Shown here: positions 8,710 through 19,922 of the stretch, piece by piece
How the letters are laid out: each line of letters starts with the position of its first letter
How positions within the stretch are numbered: the first letter of the stretch is position 1
NCBI RefSeq assembly: GCF_000281045.1
Contig: NW_008246069.1
Location: forward strand, 1,196,580 to 1,237,739
Direction: 5' to 3'
Length of the DNA stretch: 41,160 nucleotides
From: Saprolegnia diclina VS20
Lineage: Eukaryota
Notes under the pieces: generated by a model
What the model was told of the DNA's origin: nothing
The model's input: the letters and a program-made list of their open reading frames with translations, nothing else
Database searches by the model: none
Program-made: the position numbers and the translations under genes

Positions 8710-11004
8710 CTACACATCGTCGTCGAACGTCACGTCCTTGGCGAGCTCGGGATGCTTGAGCTGTAGCTTGCGGTAGAAAGGGCGTAGCGATGCAAACGTG
8801 GCGCTGGCCGCGACAACGGCGAGTGGCACGGTCTCGGACGTCAAGCCGTGCAGCGCCGCGGTCGCAAAAGCAATCATCGTCGACTCTTTGTCGTCGGCCA
8901 CGGCGACCAAGAGGCGCGCCATCTGTGCGTGGAGAGGCAGGAGCGGAAGCACGACAACGTCGTCGGCGTCCATGTACGCCTTGCCTTGCTCGAGGCGCAC
9001 GGCGGGCAGCCACAGTGTCTCGAACAGGCTGTGCACCAGTGTCTTCCAATGTCCTTCCTTGTTTTTGAGATGCTTGGGCAGCAGCAGTGCGTGCACGACG
9101 CTCGACAGGAACACAAGATCCCGAGTCCACGCCTCGTCCTTCTCGGTGGCAGTCTCGGTCGTCTTGAGGAGCGCGTGGGCCGCACTCAGCGCTCCGTCGT
9201 GCAGCAGCGTCAGGAAAAACTGGCGGCCAAGGGCTTTGAGACACGTGCCATTGGCCCATACGGTCGACCAGCTCTCGTCAAAGAGGGCGAGCGTTTGGTG
9301 GGGCATGTGGGCACTCGAGAGCTGCGCGCGCAGCATGAGCGGGAGGCAGAGGCGGAGCACGAGCACGGGCGGCGACCGCAGGAGGTAGTCTTGCTTGCGC
9401 ACCATGCGGCGCACCGAGCCAATGTTGCCCACATGCAGTAGCTGCACGAGGCCGCGGCAGACAACGTCGTCGGTCGGGAAGATGTGCCGGGCCGAGACCG
9501 ACCGCAGCTGGAGCCACAGTACGTGGTGCAAGAGCCGCTTGACGATCGGGTCCGAGAGCACGATGGCCACGTCGGCAAGGAGCGGGTCGCACTCACCTTC
9601 AAACACCATGCCCGAGCGCTCCGTGTCGTTGGCGTCTTTTGCCGAGAGGGCGCCAGCTGTCGCGAGGAGGCACGGCGGTGCCTTCTCGGCTTCCAGTGCG
9701 ACGCGCGCCTTGTCGATCCAGCCAGCGCTGAGCTTCTCAAGCCGCTTGGCCTCTCTGTGGTAGATCGTACCTTCTTCGTTGAACGTCATGCAGTTGGTCC
9801 AGATGAGGTTGACGTCCTTGGCAAACGAGGCGAGCGAGCTGTAGAGGGCCGCATGGACGTTCTGCCGCAGCGTGCTCAGATCCATCGGCGACGCAATGAT
9901 CGTGTGGTAGTTGGGCACGTCGTCTGGCACCGGGTCGGCAAAGATGCGGCGGCTGTCCGACTTGGTCATTTGGTCAATGAGCTTGAGGAGCGTTTCCTTG
10001 GGCGGCGGCGGCGCCGATGCAATCGCGGTCGCCGACGGCTTGGCATCGCGCAGCCGGAGCTTGCGGAGCACGAGAAGCATCTCGAGCAGCTGCGCCGCGT
10101 CCATGTGGTTGGTCTTGACCGCGTGGTCGAGGAACCAAAGGAACTTATGCAGTGGGTCGGTGCGCACGAGCGTCGTCGCGTGGTCGCGCTGGACGTTGGC
10201 CATGTCGCTGCGCAGCGTCCCGAGCAGGGACGCGAGGTACGTGTACTCTTTCGGTGACTCGAGCGACGACGTGTGCCCCGGGAGTACCCCAGACGCGATG
10301 ATGGACCGTAGAATGTCGACGCACTGCAGGTAGAGCTCGGCCGAGTCGCCAATCATGTTGACAAGCGTTGCGAGCACCGGGTCTTGCTTCCGCCTGTCTT
10401 CGGGCGAGAGCGCGTGGTGGGCGTGCAAGTCAAAGGGGCTCGACGCCTCGAGGAGCAGCGATCGCTTGTGGTCGAGGTACTGGCCAACGACCTTGTCCAT
10501 CTCGAGCCGCAGTTCGTGCGGCGCGATGCTCCAGAGGCGGCGCTTGACGTGCATTGGGAGGTGCTCGAGCAGATGCCGGTGGTCCGGGTCGCACATCTCC
10601 TTGAGGTACAGCGACGGCGTCGAGCTCTGCGCCGCCATGATCGCGATCGGGATGCACCGCAGCTCCTTGTACTCGAGGTACGGGAACGTGGTCTCGAGCA
10701 GCTTGAGCAGCTGCGCCTCGCTCGTGTGCTTGTGTTGAATGCGCGCGAGAAGCGTTTGCAGCAGCGCGTCGAGAAGGCTACGATGGGTCTCGGAGCGCCG
10801 GCAGCCAAGCAAGTCGAGTAGCTGCAGCGACGCGGCCGTGTCTTCCTTGAGTCCATGCTGCTTCTGGAAGGAGACGATGGCCTCCTCCGGCTGCGCAGCC
10901 GTGCGCAAAATGTCCTGGAGCTGGGCGCCGCCGGCCGAGCCGATCATGTAGCTTCGGCTAGCCGCGTCGGTAGACGTCACTTCTGGCTTGGTGGATGGCG
11001 TCAT
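8710..11004 (-). CDS. NELFB: NELF-B/COBRA1 homologue with an internal bromodomain (764 aa)
   Basis: Collinear COBRA1 motifs: PEEAIVSFQKQHGL, LQLLDLLGCRRSETH, LLETTFPYL, HVKRRLW, LSPEDRRKQDPVLATLVNMIG, GTLRSDM, DPLHKFLWFLD, LADVAIVLSDP, FPTDD, LCLPLM. Bromodomain at ~9999-9709: IFADPV...PNYHTIIASPMDLSTL...LYSSLASFAKDVNLIWTNCMTFNEEGTIYHREA. Confidence 0.85.
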   Translation of the reverse strand: MTPSTKPEVTSTDAASRSYMIGSAGGAQLQDILRTAAQPEEAIVSFQKQHGLKEDTAASLQLLDLLGCRRSETHRSLLDALLQTLLARIQHKHTSEAQLLKLLETTFPYLEYKELRCIPIAIMAAQSSTPSLYLKEMCDPDHRHLLEHLPMHVKRRLWSIAPHELRLEMDKVVGQYLDHKRSLLLEASSPFDLHAHHALSPEDRRKQDPVLATLVNMIGDSAELYLQCVDILRSIIASGVLPGHTSSLESPKEYTYLASLLGTLRSDMANVQRDHATTLVRTDPLHKFLWFLDHAVKTNHMDAAQLLEMLLVLRKLRLRDAKPSATAIASAPPPPKETLLKLIDQMTKSDSRRIFADPVPDDVPNYHTIIASPMDLSTLRQNVHAALYSSLASFAKDVNLIWTNCMTFNEEGTIYHREAKRLEKLSAGWIDKARVALEAEKAPPCLLATAGALSAKDANDTERSGMVFEGECDPLLADVAIVLSDPIVKRLLHHVLWLQLRSVSARHIFPTDDVVCRGLVQLLHVGNIGSVRRMVRKQDYLLRSPPVLVLRLCLPLMLRAQLSSAHMPHQTLALFDESWSTVWANGTCLKALGRQFFLTLLHDGALSAAHALLKTTETATEKDEAWTRDLVFLSSVVHALLLPKHLKNKEGHWKTLVHSLFETLWLPAVRLEQGKAYMDADDVVVLPLLPLHAQMARLLVAVADDKESTMIAFATAALHGLTSETVPLAVVAASATFASLRPFYRKLQLKHPELAKDVTFDDDV

Positions 11005-11492
11005 GCTGCGGCCACGGGCGTCGTCGTCTCAGGCCGCGCTGCGTCTTGCCGGTTGCAAATGCAAAACCTCCGAGACTTGATTCCACTGGGTCTAAAACGT
11101 CCGGATAAACCCTTGCGAAGAGTGTACCGGATATGGAATCGAGACTGGCGTTGAAACGAGGATATGTCCTAATTAACAGTCGCGTGGCGACGATGCGACG
11201 CCCGTCGCGGGCATGAGCGTATCTTTGCTCCAGCGTCATGCTTTGTTGACGGCGAGTCCAACGGGTGACGTTGGCGTCTCTTGCGCCGACTCGTGCAGGC
11301 GCACCGTTGAGTCACGACGTTCGAGTCCGTGTTAAAAACACCGTGCATGGAAGCCGCCAAATCAGACGCTGGGTCGACTGGTACGTTTGTGACGCGCTGT
11401 ATAGGTACTGCACCGTCGTCAAAGTCGTGCTCCTTGCACGATCACGAACGCGACGTCGTGACTACCTCGGCACATCACCGCGTTCGCACACC

Positions 11493-12012
11493 NNNNNNNN
11501 NNNNNNNNNNNNNNNNNNNNNNNNNNNNNNNNNNNNNNNNNNNNNNNNNNNNNNNNNNNNNNNNNNNNNNNNNNNNNNNNNNNNNNNNNNNNNNNNNNNN
11601 NNNNNNNNNNNNNNNNNNNNNNNNNNNNNNNNNNNNNNNNNNNNNNNNNNNNNNNNNNNNNNNNNNNNNNNNNNNNNNNNNNNNNNNNNNNNNNNNNNNN
11701 NNNNNNNNNNNNNNNNNNNNNNNNNNNNNNNNNNNNNNNNNNNNNNNNNNNNNNNNNNNNNNNNNNNNNNNNNNNNNNNNNNNNNNNNNNNNNNNNNNNN
11801 NNNNNNNNNNNNNNNNNNNNNNNNNNNNNNNNNNNNNNNNNNNNNNNNNNNNNNNNNNNNNNNNNNNNNNNNNNNNNNNNNNNNNNNNNNNNNNNNNNNN
11901 NNNNNNNNNNNNNNNNNNNNNNNNNNNNNNNNNNNNNNNNNNNNNNNNNNNNNNNNNNNNNNNNNNNNNNNNNNNNNNNNNNNNNNNNNNNNNNNNNNNN
12001 NNNNNNNNNNNN
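11493..12012. other. Assembly gap (520 N)
   Basis: Run of N characters. Confidence 1.
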
Positions 12013-12416
12013 CTCGAGTAGCTTGGGCGAGCAGACTGGCTTCAGCACCGCCCTTGGCCGGCCACTCTCCTGACGCGTCGAGTGACATCGTCGCTCGTCG
12101 TGTCAAGTCGGTCATGTCAGTTTCTGAACATCACAGCAGCGCCGCCCGACCTTTTTTCGCAGAGGCGATGGCGGCATCTTGGCCGCATGGGAAAACGAGC
12201 CAGACGCGGAGGAGCCGGCGCCGCGGTCACGGAACGCGGCACTTCCTGCCAGCTGCGTCCTGGCTGCAGTCGGCGCGGTGGTGGTGTTTCGCTGTCACTT
12301 GACCGCCACACTGGTCGCCACCCATGCGTAACGTAGGCCGGGCGCCACGTCGAGTGCCACCTGGCGCGCTGATGATGCAAGTTGCTTTTGCACTTTTCCG
12401 TTTTCGCTCGACGAAG

Positions 12417-15059
12417 ATGGAGTGCGCTGTGATCGGACCACCGGTCGTTGTCGCCGTCCCGACGTTCACAACCGAGTGCGCCAGCGCCGACTGTCGACAG
12501 GCGACCGCCGGCAACTTTACGCCGGGCGCGATGGCGTCGTGCGTCTGGCTCCCGGACGGCCGCGTCGTACGCGGTGCAAACCTCACGACGATCGACCCGA
12601 CAGCACCTGCGATGTACCAAGCGCAGGCCGGTGTAGTCAAGAACGTCCTTGCTGGCGGCGTCCGCGTCGAGTACGTCCGCGACTTGCCCAACAGCGTGCA
12701 GGGCATGTACGCTTGTCTATCGACCGGTACCTTCTTCGTGCTTATGCCGCCTCTTGTATACTAGCGTGCTCGCCGACCTCGGGCTCACTGGCGTCAGTAA
12801 CTCGTTAAGGACAGACCGCAACGGCACGCCACTCGCCGTGACGTCGCTCAGCTTCAGCGGCAATGCGCTCCGGAGGTTTGACGCGACCGTGCCCGAAGCG
12901 CTGCTCTCCCTGTAGGACTCCGCAGCCTCTCCACTGTGGTTTCGACGCGTGCAAACGTAGGGACTTGTCGTACAATGCCCTTGAGTACGTCAACATTGCC
13001 CAAGGCTACCATCCCAAGCTCCAGGACTTGTACATCGAGAGACTTTGGGCTAAAGCTCATGCTGCGAGGACGCATAGAGACCTCGCGGGCAATGCGCTGA
13101 CGAACGAGAGACTGCTCAACGCCATGACGTACCCCAACACACTCACTACCTTGTACAACGAGCAAAATTGAAATGATACAGCGGCTCAATCCCGTGGGTA
13201 GGGCTCTTGGACTGAACGCCTTGCGCGCCTTCCCGGTGCAAGTGCTGCAAAAGCTGCCGGTGCTCCAGACGCTGTACGTCGTCGCTCACCCAGCGCTCAC
13301 ACTCACCCATGAGCTTTAGACTACTCAACTCGAATCCGCTCGGGAGCTTGCCACCCAGTGTAGCGTGGCCGCCGCTCTTGGTCCAGCTGTATGTCGTCCT
13401 ATTTGGTATCGTCGTATTTACGACAAGCATGACCTGCAGGTCCCTCCGCAACACGAGCTTGACGGTGCTCGAGGCCAGTTTTCCGTCGACTCTGCGCTTT
13501 TTGTACGTTGGAGAGGTCCATTATCCGGGGTTTCGACGTATTTGTGGTGTAGGGATTTGCAAACGAATGCCAATCTCCAGGCCATTTATGCCAACGCCTC
13601 GCAGCTCGCGCTCCTTCGCAACACAACCGTCCGGCTCCCGCTGCTTCTCGAGCTACCGCACTATCGCTGTAACGAGAGCCGCGTGCTCCGCACCGAGTAC
13701 ATCGAGCACACGACCAATGGTCGGACGCAGTCATTTCCCATCTGCGTCGTCGCCGACACGATCGTGCCAGCGATCAAGCCGGTCATCAACGTTGGCACGT
13801 GGATCGGGGCGATCGCGGCCGTCGCTCTTGTCGCTCTCGGCATCATCGTGTACCTCGTGTGGCGGAGTCGCGCCCAAGCCAAGCGCCAGGCCGAGCTCCT
13901 CCAGCAAAATGCGTCGCTGCTCGCCTCGTCCGCGGCCAACAAGCCGCAGTGGTACGAAGAGTCGGGCGACGCTGCTGCTTACTACCATGTCGTCGAGAGC
14001 GCGCGCTTGACGTACGACGTGCGCTTTGACGACTACCTCGCGCCGTACCGGATCACGGTCAAGGACCTGGACCGTCACGTCGTGATTGCGCGCGGCGGCT
14101 TTGGCGTTGTGTACTATGGCACCCTGCGCGGCACGACGCCCGTCGCGATGAAGCGCATGCTGCCTCACTTTATCGACAGCGCCGATGCGATCGAAGAGTT
14201 TATGAACGAGATCCGGCTCTACGCGCACCTGAGCCACCCCAAGATTGTCCAGTTCATCGGGATCACGTGGACGACACTGTACAACATCTCGATGGTCACC
14301 GAGTTCATGCCGTTTGGCGACGTGTGGAGTCTTCTGGAAGCCAATGGGAAGAATCGGTCGTGGCACGAACGCTTGCAGCGCGACCCAATTTTGGCCGCCA
14401 AAGCGTCGCTAGGGACACCGTCGACGGCACCTAACAGCAACTCGGCGACGACTGAGCTCCCGACCGTCGACGACCGTCGTGGCCATACGGGCCCGCCGTC
14501 GGTGCCTGCGATCGCGGCTGGCGTCTCCCGCCTGAGTATTCTCACCGACGTCGTCGACGCGATGGTGTATCTGCACAGCTTTCCGACGCCCGTGATCCAC
14601 CGCGACATCAAAGCCCGCAACGTGCTCCTCGGGCCGCACTACGAAGCCAAGTTGACCGACTTTGGCACGAGCCGCCTCCGCGTCGACGAGCTCACGATGA
14701 CGGCCGAGATCGGCACGTCGGCGTGGATCGCCCCCGAGGTTCTCAAGGGTGTCCGGTACACGGAGAAGGCCGACATGTACTCCTTTGGGGTGATGATGAC
14801 CGAGCTCGACACGGTCCAAGTGCCGTACGCCAAGGTGTACATGGAACCCGGCTGTACGCTGGCGCTTGCCCGCGCGCGGATCGCGATGTTGGTAGCGAGC
14901 GGCGACTTGGTGCCGGAGTTCACAGCCGAGTGCCCCCCGGGTATCGTCGCGATCGGGATGCAATGCCTTGCGCACAATCCGGACGACCGGCCGTCAGCGA
15001 CCGACGTGGCCAAGCTGCTACAGCAATACCACTTGCGTCAACTCCTCGGCACCAACTAG
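12417..15059 (+). CDS. LRR receptor-like kinase (TKL), paralogue 1, 8 exons, ~763 aa
   Basis: Exons 12417-12706, 12765-12911, 12961-13029, 13078-13152, 13202-13273, 13320-13388, 13440-13502, 13553-15059; all introns GT-AG and the spliced frame is open. LRRs (LDLSYNAL, LDLAGNAL, LALGLNAL), TM WIGAIAAVALVALGIIVYLVW, kinase ARGGFG / VAMK / HRDIKARN / DFG / APE. Start uncertain (alternative ATG at 12372). Confidence 0.88.
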
Positions 15060-15607
15060 TGTGCCGGTGCTATTTAATTTACTTGCTCTGATGGGACATC
15101 ATCATCTTGCCCCTACCACGACACGGGCCCGCCCCGTTCGTGCGACTGAAATGACTTGAAATGTGTACTTACCAGTATACTCCTTCGATTTAAGAGCAGC
15201 CAATACTAGTCGTACGAAGGTTTTTTACGAATGAATTCGTCATCGTCGAGCGTCATGTCCAAAGTGATGGTCCCGAAAGGGGTAGGGCAACATATAGTAG
15301 TATCTCGACCACTCAAGCAGTGCGATAGGACGGCATTCGTCGTGTCTAATGTGTCGTGCGCACTTGCTTATCACCAAGTTACTACTGTACTCATCAATGT
15401 CCAAGGAATAATATCTCGTCGTTTGCAGCGTCAGAGTGTCTGTCCCACCTTGGCCAGCAGGTGTTCCAAGCTGAGTAGAATCACTTGGTGTGATTATACC
15501 ATACAAACCGCGATACAAACTACATTTGGGCTAGCGATCTTGGATAAGGCAACGTCGGACCAATTTGGCATGGCCTTCACTCCACCACAATTGATTTCTC
15601 CATCTCA

Positions 15608-18600
15608 ATGGTAAGCGAACATCAAGCAGCCACGACAGCTTCGGGTCTGGCGGTTCATCTGGCGGCCGTGGCCGTGTCGGCGCCAGTGCCGCTTCGGTCG
15701 CGGGTCAAGGCGATCATGGGCGACAGTCCCTCGGCGCGTCGACCGATCTTGCATCCAATGAGCGGCACCTTTGCATCGGGCTCGATGACGCTACTCTTGG
15801 GCCAGCCAGGCGCGGGCAAGTCGTCGCTCTTGAAGCTTCTGAGCGGCCGCCTCACGCACGTGCACATCGACGGTCCCATCACGTACAACGGTGTCGCGAT
15901 GCCCGATGCGGCGGCCAGTGCAGCGTACGTCGGTCAGCGCGACGACCACTACGAGTCGCTCACGGTCACCGAGACGCTCGCGTTTGCAGCAGCTTGCGGC
16001 GCCGCGCCGATCGACACGATGGCCGTCGTCGATGCGCTCGGCCTCGGCACCTGCGCCGACACAAAAATCTGCGAGCTCTCGGGCGGCGAGCGCAAGCGCG
16101 TCACCTTTGGTGAAATGGCGTTCGGTGACGCCCCCATTGTGTGCTTGGACGAGATCAGCACCGGTCTCGACAGCGCGACGACGCACCGGCTCGTGACGCT
16201 ACTCAAGGAGGTTGCGGTTGCATCCAAGAAAACTGTCGTCGTGTCGCTTTTGCAGCCGACGCCGCCCGTTGTCGATCTCTTCGACTCGATCTTGTTGCTC
16301 CATGGTGGCCATGTACTCTACCACGGCCCGGTTGTCGACTGTGAAGCGTACTTTGACTCGATCGGTCTCGTGTGCCCGCCCGAGCGCGACCTCGCTGATT
16401 TTCTCCTCGACTTGGGCGCGCCGCAAATGACCGCCTACTGCAACCGACCAAATGTGCCCCAGGACGGTGCGTCGCTCGCGTCGGCGTTCCGAGCTTCGCT
16501 ACTGTACGCGCCGTCGCAACCCGCAGCGACCTCTATCGTGCCGTCGCAAACACTGACGGTGACGTCGCCGTATCGAGCGCTCTTGACGCGGCAGCTGCGT
16601 ATCTTCCTCCGCAACACGAGCTTTGTGCACAGTCGGCTTGTGACTGTGGTTGTCATTGGCGTCATGTACGCCACGACGTTCTACGACGTCGACCCGGCGA
16701 CGCCAGCGACGCTGATGGGCGTCGTCTTTTCAACGTCGATTTTTCTCGCACTTGGGCAAATTGCGACGCTGCCGTCGATCTTGCTCGCTCGGTCGACGTA
16801 CTACAAGCACAAGCGCAGTCGATTCTTCACACCGTTGACGTTCGTGGTTGCGCAGGCACTGGCGCCCGTGCCATTTGCGGTTCTGGAGACGCTCATCTGC
16901 GGCAGCCTCGTCTACTGGCTCGCGGGGTTTGCAGCGTCGGCGTCGGCGTTTGTGCTCTTTATCCTGCTGCTGTTGCTCACCAACGTTACGTTTGGTGCGT
17001 GGTTTGGCTTGATTGGCGCGATCGCACCGAGCTTGTACATTGCGGACCCGATGGCGCTCATCACGATCCTCGTTACGGTCGTCTTTGCGGGCTTCATCGT
17101 CCCGCTGCAGTCGCTGCCGGCCTTTTTGAGCTGGATCTACTGGCTCAACCCGTTGGCGTGGTGCACGCGCGCGATCACAGTCGGCGAGTACACAGCAGCC
17201 AAGTACGCGCAGTGCGAGCACAACGGCATCAACTATTGCGAAGCGACCGGCGCGACGTCGTTTGGGCACGCGCAACTGGAGACGCTCGGCCTCCCACATG
17301 ACGCTGCGTGGGTCGGGTACGGCGTTCTCTTTCTTTTCGGGAGCTACCTTGCCTACGTCGGCGCGACGATCCTTGCGCTGACGTACATCGAATACAGCGA
17401 CGGCCAAAACCACACTGTCGTCAGTGGTGTGTCGACGACGGACGACTACACCGAGGCGCCGGCGACGCCGGTCCACACAACCCTCAACGTCCACGCACCT
17501 CTGCACGCGGCGCCGGTGCAAACACCCATGACACTGGCGTTCCAAGACATTTCGTACTCGATTCGGGGCGGTGTGCAGCTCTTGCACAACGTCAGCGGCT
17601 ACGCACTGCCGGGGACGATCACGGCGCTCATGGGTCCGTCCGGCGCCGGCAAGACGACGCTGCTCGACGTGCTTGCCGGTCGCAAAACCTCGGGCTCAAT
17701 CACGGGCTGTATCACCGTCAACGGGGTGCCAACACACAGTGTTGCGCGGTACGCCGGCTACTGCGAGCAAGACGACGTGCACTGCGACGCTGCCACGTTC
17801 CGGGAAGCACTGCACTTTAGCGCGCTCTTGCGGCAACCGAGCGAGGTGCCGGCAACCGAAAAGATGGCGTTTGCGGATGCGTGCTTGGCGCTTCTCGACA
17901 TGGAGAGCCTCGCCGATCGGTTGATCCGCGGGGCGTCGGTCGAGCAAATGAAGCGGCTCACGATCGGCGTCGAGCTCGCAGCAGCACCGACGATATTGTT
18001 TTTGGACGAACCGACGTCGGGTCTGGACGCGCGGTCGGCCAAGATCGTCATGGACGGTGTCCGCCACGTCGCGTCGACCGGTCGCACGGTCGTTTGCACG
18101 ATCCACCAGCCGTCGGCTGAGGTCTTTTCCATGTTTGACGCGCTTCTGTTGCTGCAACATGGCAACACCGCCTTTTTCGGGGCCCTCGGCCCCCAGAGTG
18201 CGCATTTGCTGTCGTACTTTAGTACGTGGCACAAGACGCCATCAGTTGACGTCAACCCAGCCACGTGGATGCTCGATGTCCTCGCCGACGACCGCATCGA
18301 GTACGCTGACCAGTTTCTCAAGTCCAAGGAACACGATGCCCTTGTGGCGGACCTTGCATCAACTGCCGTCTCGGGTCTGCCAGCACCGTCCACCGGCGCG
18401 CCGCTGTTGACGCAGTGCTACCTCTTGACGCTGCGGTTCTTTCGCGTCTATTGGCGCACGCCCGAGAGTCTCCGGACGCGGTTGTACATTGCAATCGGCC
18501 TCGCCCTCCTCTTTGCCCTCGTCTTCGCCGACGTGCGCTACGAGACGTACACGGGGGCGACGGCCGCCGTCGGCATGGTGTACATCACGACGACGTACAT

Positions 18601-19276
18601 GGGCTACATCAACTTCAACAGCGCGATCCCGCTCGCGTCGGACGCACGGCGCAGCTACTACCGCGAGCGCGCCGCCCACACGTATGCGCCCTTGGCGTAC
18701 TTTGTCGGGTCGACGCTTGTTGAAGTGCCGTACGCGATGGCGACGGCGGTGCTCTTTACAGTCATCTTTGCGCCGCTCGTGGGCATTGCAGCATCGGCCA
18801 TGGGTCTCTACATGGTGTACGTGTGCCTCATGCTGCTGCTGTACGTGTACATGGGCCAGCTCATGGTGTATGTACTCCCGACGCCGGAGACCGCGATCCT
18901 CCTCGGCATCCTCCTCAACTCGATCTTCTTTCTCTTCTACGGCTTTGTGCCGCCCGCGTCGCAGATTCCAACCTGGTTCCGATGGCTCTTTACGATCACG
19001 CCGCCGCATTACGTCATGGCCCTCTTGGCGGCCGAAGCGTTCGGGCAGTGCACGAGCAGCAACGCCGTGGGCTGTGGTATCATCCACGACGCGCCGTTGG
19101 CGCTGCGCCACGCGATCGGGTCCGACGAAATGACTGTCCGCGACTTTGTCGCGTACGTGTACGACATGCGCACCGACGACCGGACGCGCAACCTCGCCGT
19201 GACGCTCTTGTGCATTCTGTGTGCTCGCCTTCTCGCGCTATGGGCGCTCCAGTGTGTCCAGTACCGAAAGCGATAG
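15608..19276 (+). CDS. Full-size ABCG / PDR-type transporter (NBD-TMD-NBD-TMD), 1222 aa, intronless
   Basis: Walker A GQPGAGKS and GPSGAGKT; LSGGERKRVT; LDEISTGLDS; WIYWLNPLAW; GYCEQDDVH; SVEQMKRLTIGVEL; FLDEPTSGLDARSA; CTIHQPS; NPATWML; YYRERA. Confidence 0.95.
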   Translation: MVSEHQAATTASGLAVHLAAVAVSAPVPLRSRVKAIMGDSPSARRPILHPMSGTFASGSMTLLLGQPGAGKSSLLKLLSGRLTHVHIDGPITYNGVAMPDAAASAAYVGQRDDHYESLTVTETLAFAAACGAAPIDTMAVVDALGLGTCADTKICELSGGERKRVTFGEMAFGDAPIVCLDEISTGLDSATTHRLVTLLKEVAVASKKTVVVSLLQPTPPVVDLFDSILLLHGGHVLYHGPVVDCEAYFDSIGLVCPPERDLADFLLDLGAPQMTAYCNRPNVPQDGASLASAFRASLLYAPSQPAATSIVPSQTLTVTSPYRALLTRQLRIFLRNTSFVHSRLVTVVVIGVMYATTFYDVDPATPATLMGVVFSTSIFLALGQIATLPSILLARSTYYKHKRSRFFTPLTFVVAQALAPVPFAVLETLICGSLVYWLAGFAASASAFVLFILLLLLTNVTFGAWFGLIGAIAPSLYIADPMALITILVTVVFAGFIVPLQSLPAFLSWIYWLNPLAWCTRAITVGEYTAAKYAQCEHNGINYCEATGATSFGHAQLETLGLPHDAAWVGYGVLFLFGSYLAYVGATILALTYIEYSDGQNHTVVSGVSTTDDYTEAPATPVHTTLNVHAPLHAAPVQTPMTLAFQDISYSIRGGVQLLHNVSGYALPGTITALMGPSGAGKTTLLDVLAGRKTSGSITGCITVNGVPTHSVARYAGYCEQDDVHCDAATFREALHFSALLRQPSEVPATEKMAFADACLALLDMESLADRLIRGASVEQMKRLTIGVELAAAPTILFLDEPTSGLDARSAKIVMDGVRHVASTGRTVVCTIHQPSAEVFSMFDALLLLQHGNTAFFGALGPQSAHLLSYFSTWHKTPSVDVNPATWMLDVLADDRIEYADQFLKSKEHDALVADLASTAVSGLPAPSTGAPLLTQCYLLTLRFFRVYWRTPESLRTRLYIAIGLALLFALVFADVRYETYTGATAAVGMVYITTTYMGYINFNSAIPLASDARRSYYRERAAHTYAPLAYFVGSTLVEVPYAMATAVLFTVIFAPLVGIAASAMGLYMVYVCLMLLLYVYMGQLMVYVLPTPETAILLGILLNSIFFLFYGFVPPASQIPTWFRWLFTITPPHYVMALLAAEAFGQCTSSNAVGCGIIHDAPLALRHAIGSDEMTVRDFVAYVYDMRTDDRTRNLAVTLLCILCARLLALWALQCVQYRKR

Positions 19277-19782
19277 TTGCACTTTGAAAACATGTACTTG
19301 ACACAATAGACAATATTGTGTACATCTACCTCATACACCCTCGTACCGAACACCATCGAAGAACGCTGGTAACATCAGACATCGAAGCCATTTGCCGTCG
19401 GCGCACCAAGAAGAAGCTTCCAGGTCACGGTCGAAACTTGACGGTGGCACGATTCGTTTGGGCGCACGCTTCGCCGATCGTTCGTCGTCGTCGCACCAAG
19501 AACCCAGCGCCGGTTGCATTGCACTACAGTATTACCAAGTGATGCTTCTTTCTTCTCCTTCGTCGCCGTGTACAGTGTACTTGCGCACGAGATTCTCGAC
19601 AAGTAGGCGCTGGAAATGCTGGCGACTGCTGCATTCCAGCAGCAACGAGTGGTCAACACAAAGTTATCGCAAAGGAATACGATGACCGGTCCAGTTGATC
19701 CTATATTCAGAGCCATGCACAAAGGCCCACCGAAGCCGCGCCAAGAGAGGGACTGTCAACGAATCAGGCGCCCGTGTCACCG

Positions 19783-19838
19783 GTCCCGTGACGCGTGCGA
19801 AACGGCACTTTACCCTTTGTGGCCAATGGCCATTGGCC
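19783..19838 (+). promoter_or_regulatory. Candidate promoter elements of LRR-RLK2: GTCCCGTGAC motif and double-CCAAT palindrome
   Basis: GTCCCGTGAC at 19783-19792 (same motif upstream of RLK1, 3 and 4) and the perfect 18-bp palindrome GGCCAATGGCCATTGGCC at 19821-19838. Confidence 0.5.
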
Positions 19839-19922
19839 CAAACAGCTGGGACACGCCAGGTGGCGGTCACGCCGCCACAGAAAGGCGCCGACCAGATTTG
19901 CACCAGTCCCGCAACGCCGCCG

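Noticed and set aside
11265..12302. ORFs spanning the N run
   Set aside because: Artefacts of the assembly gap; the flanks show no recognisable protein.
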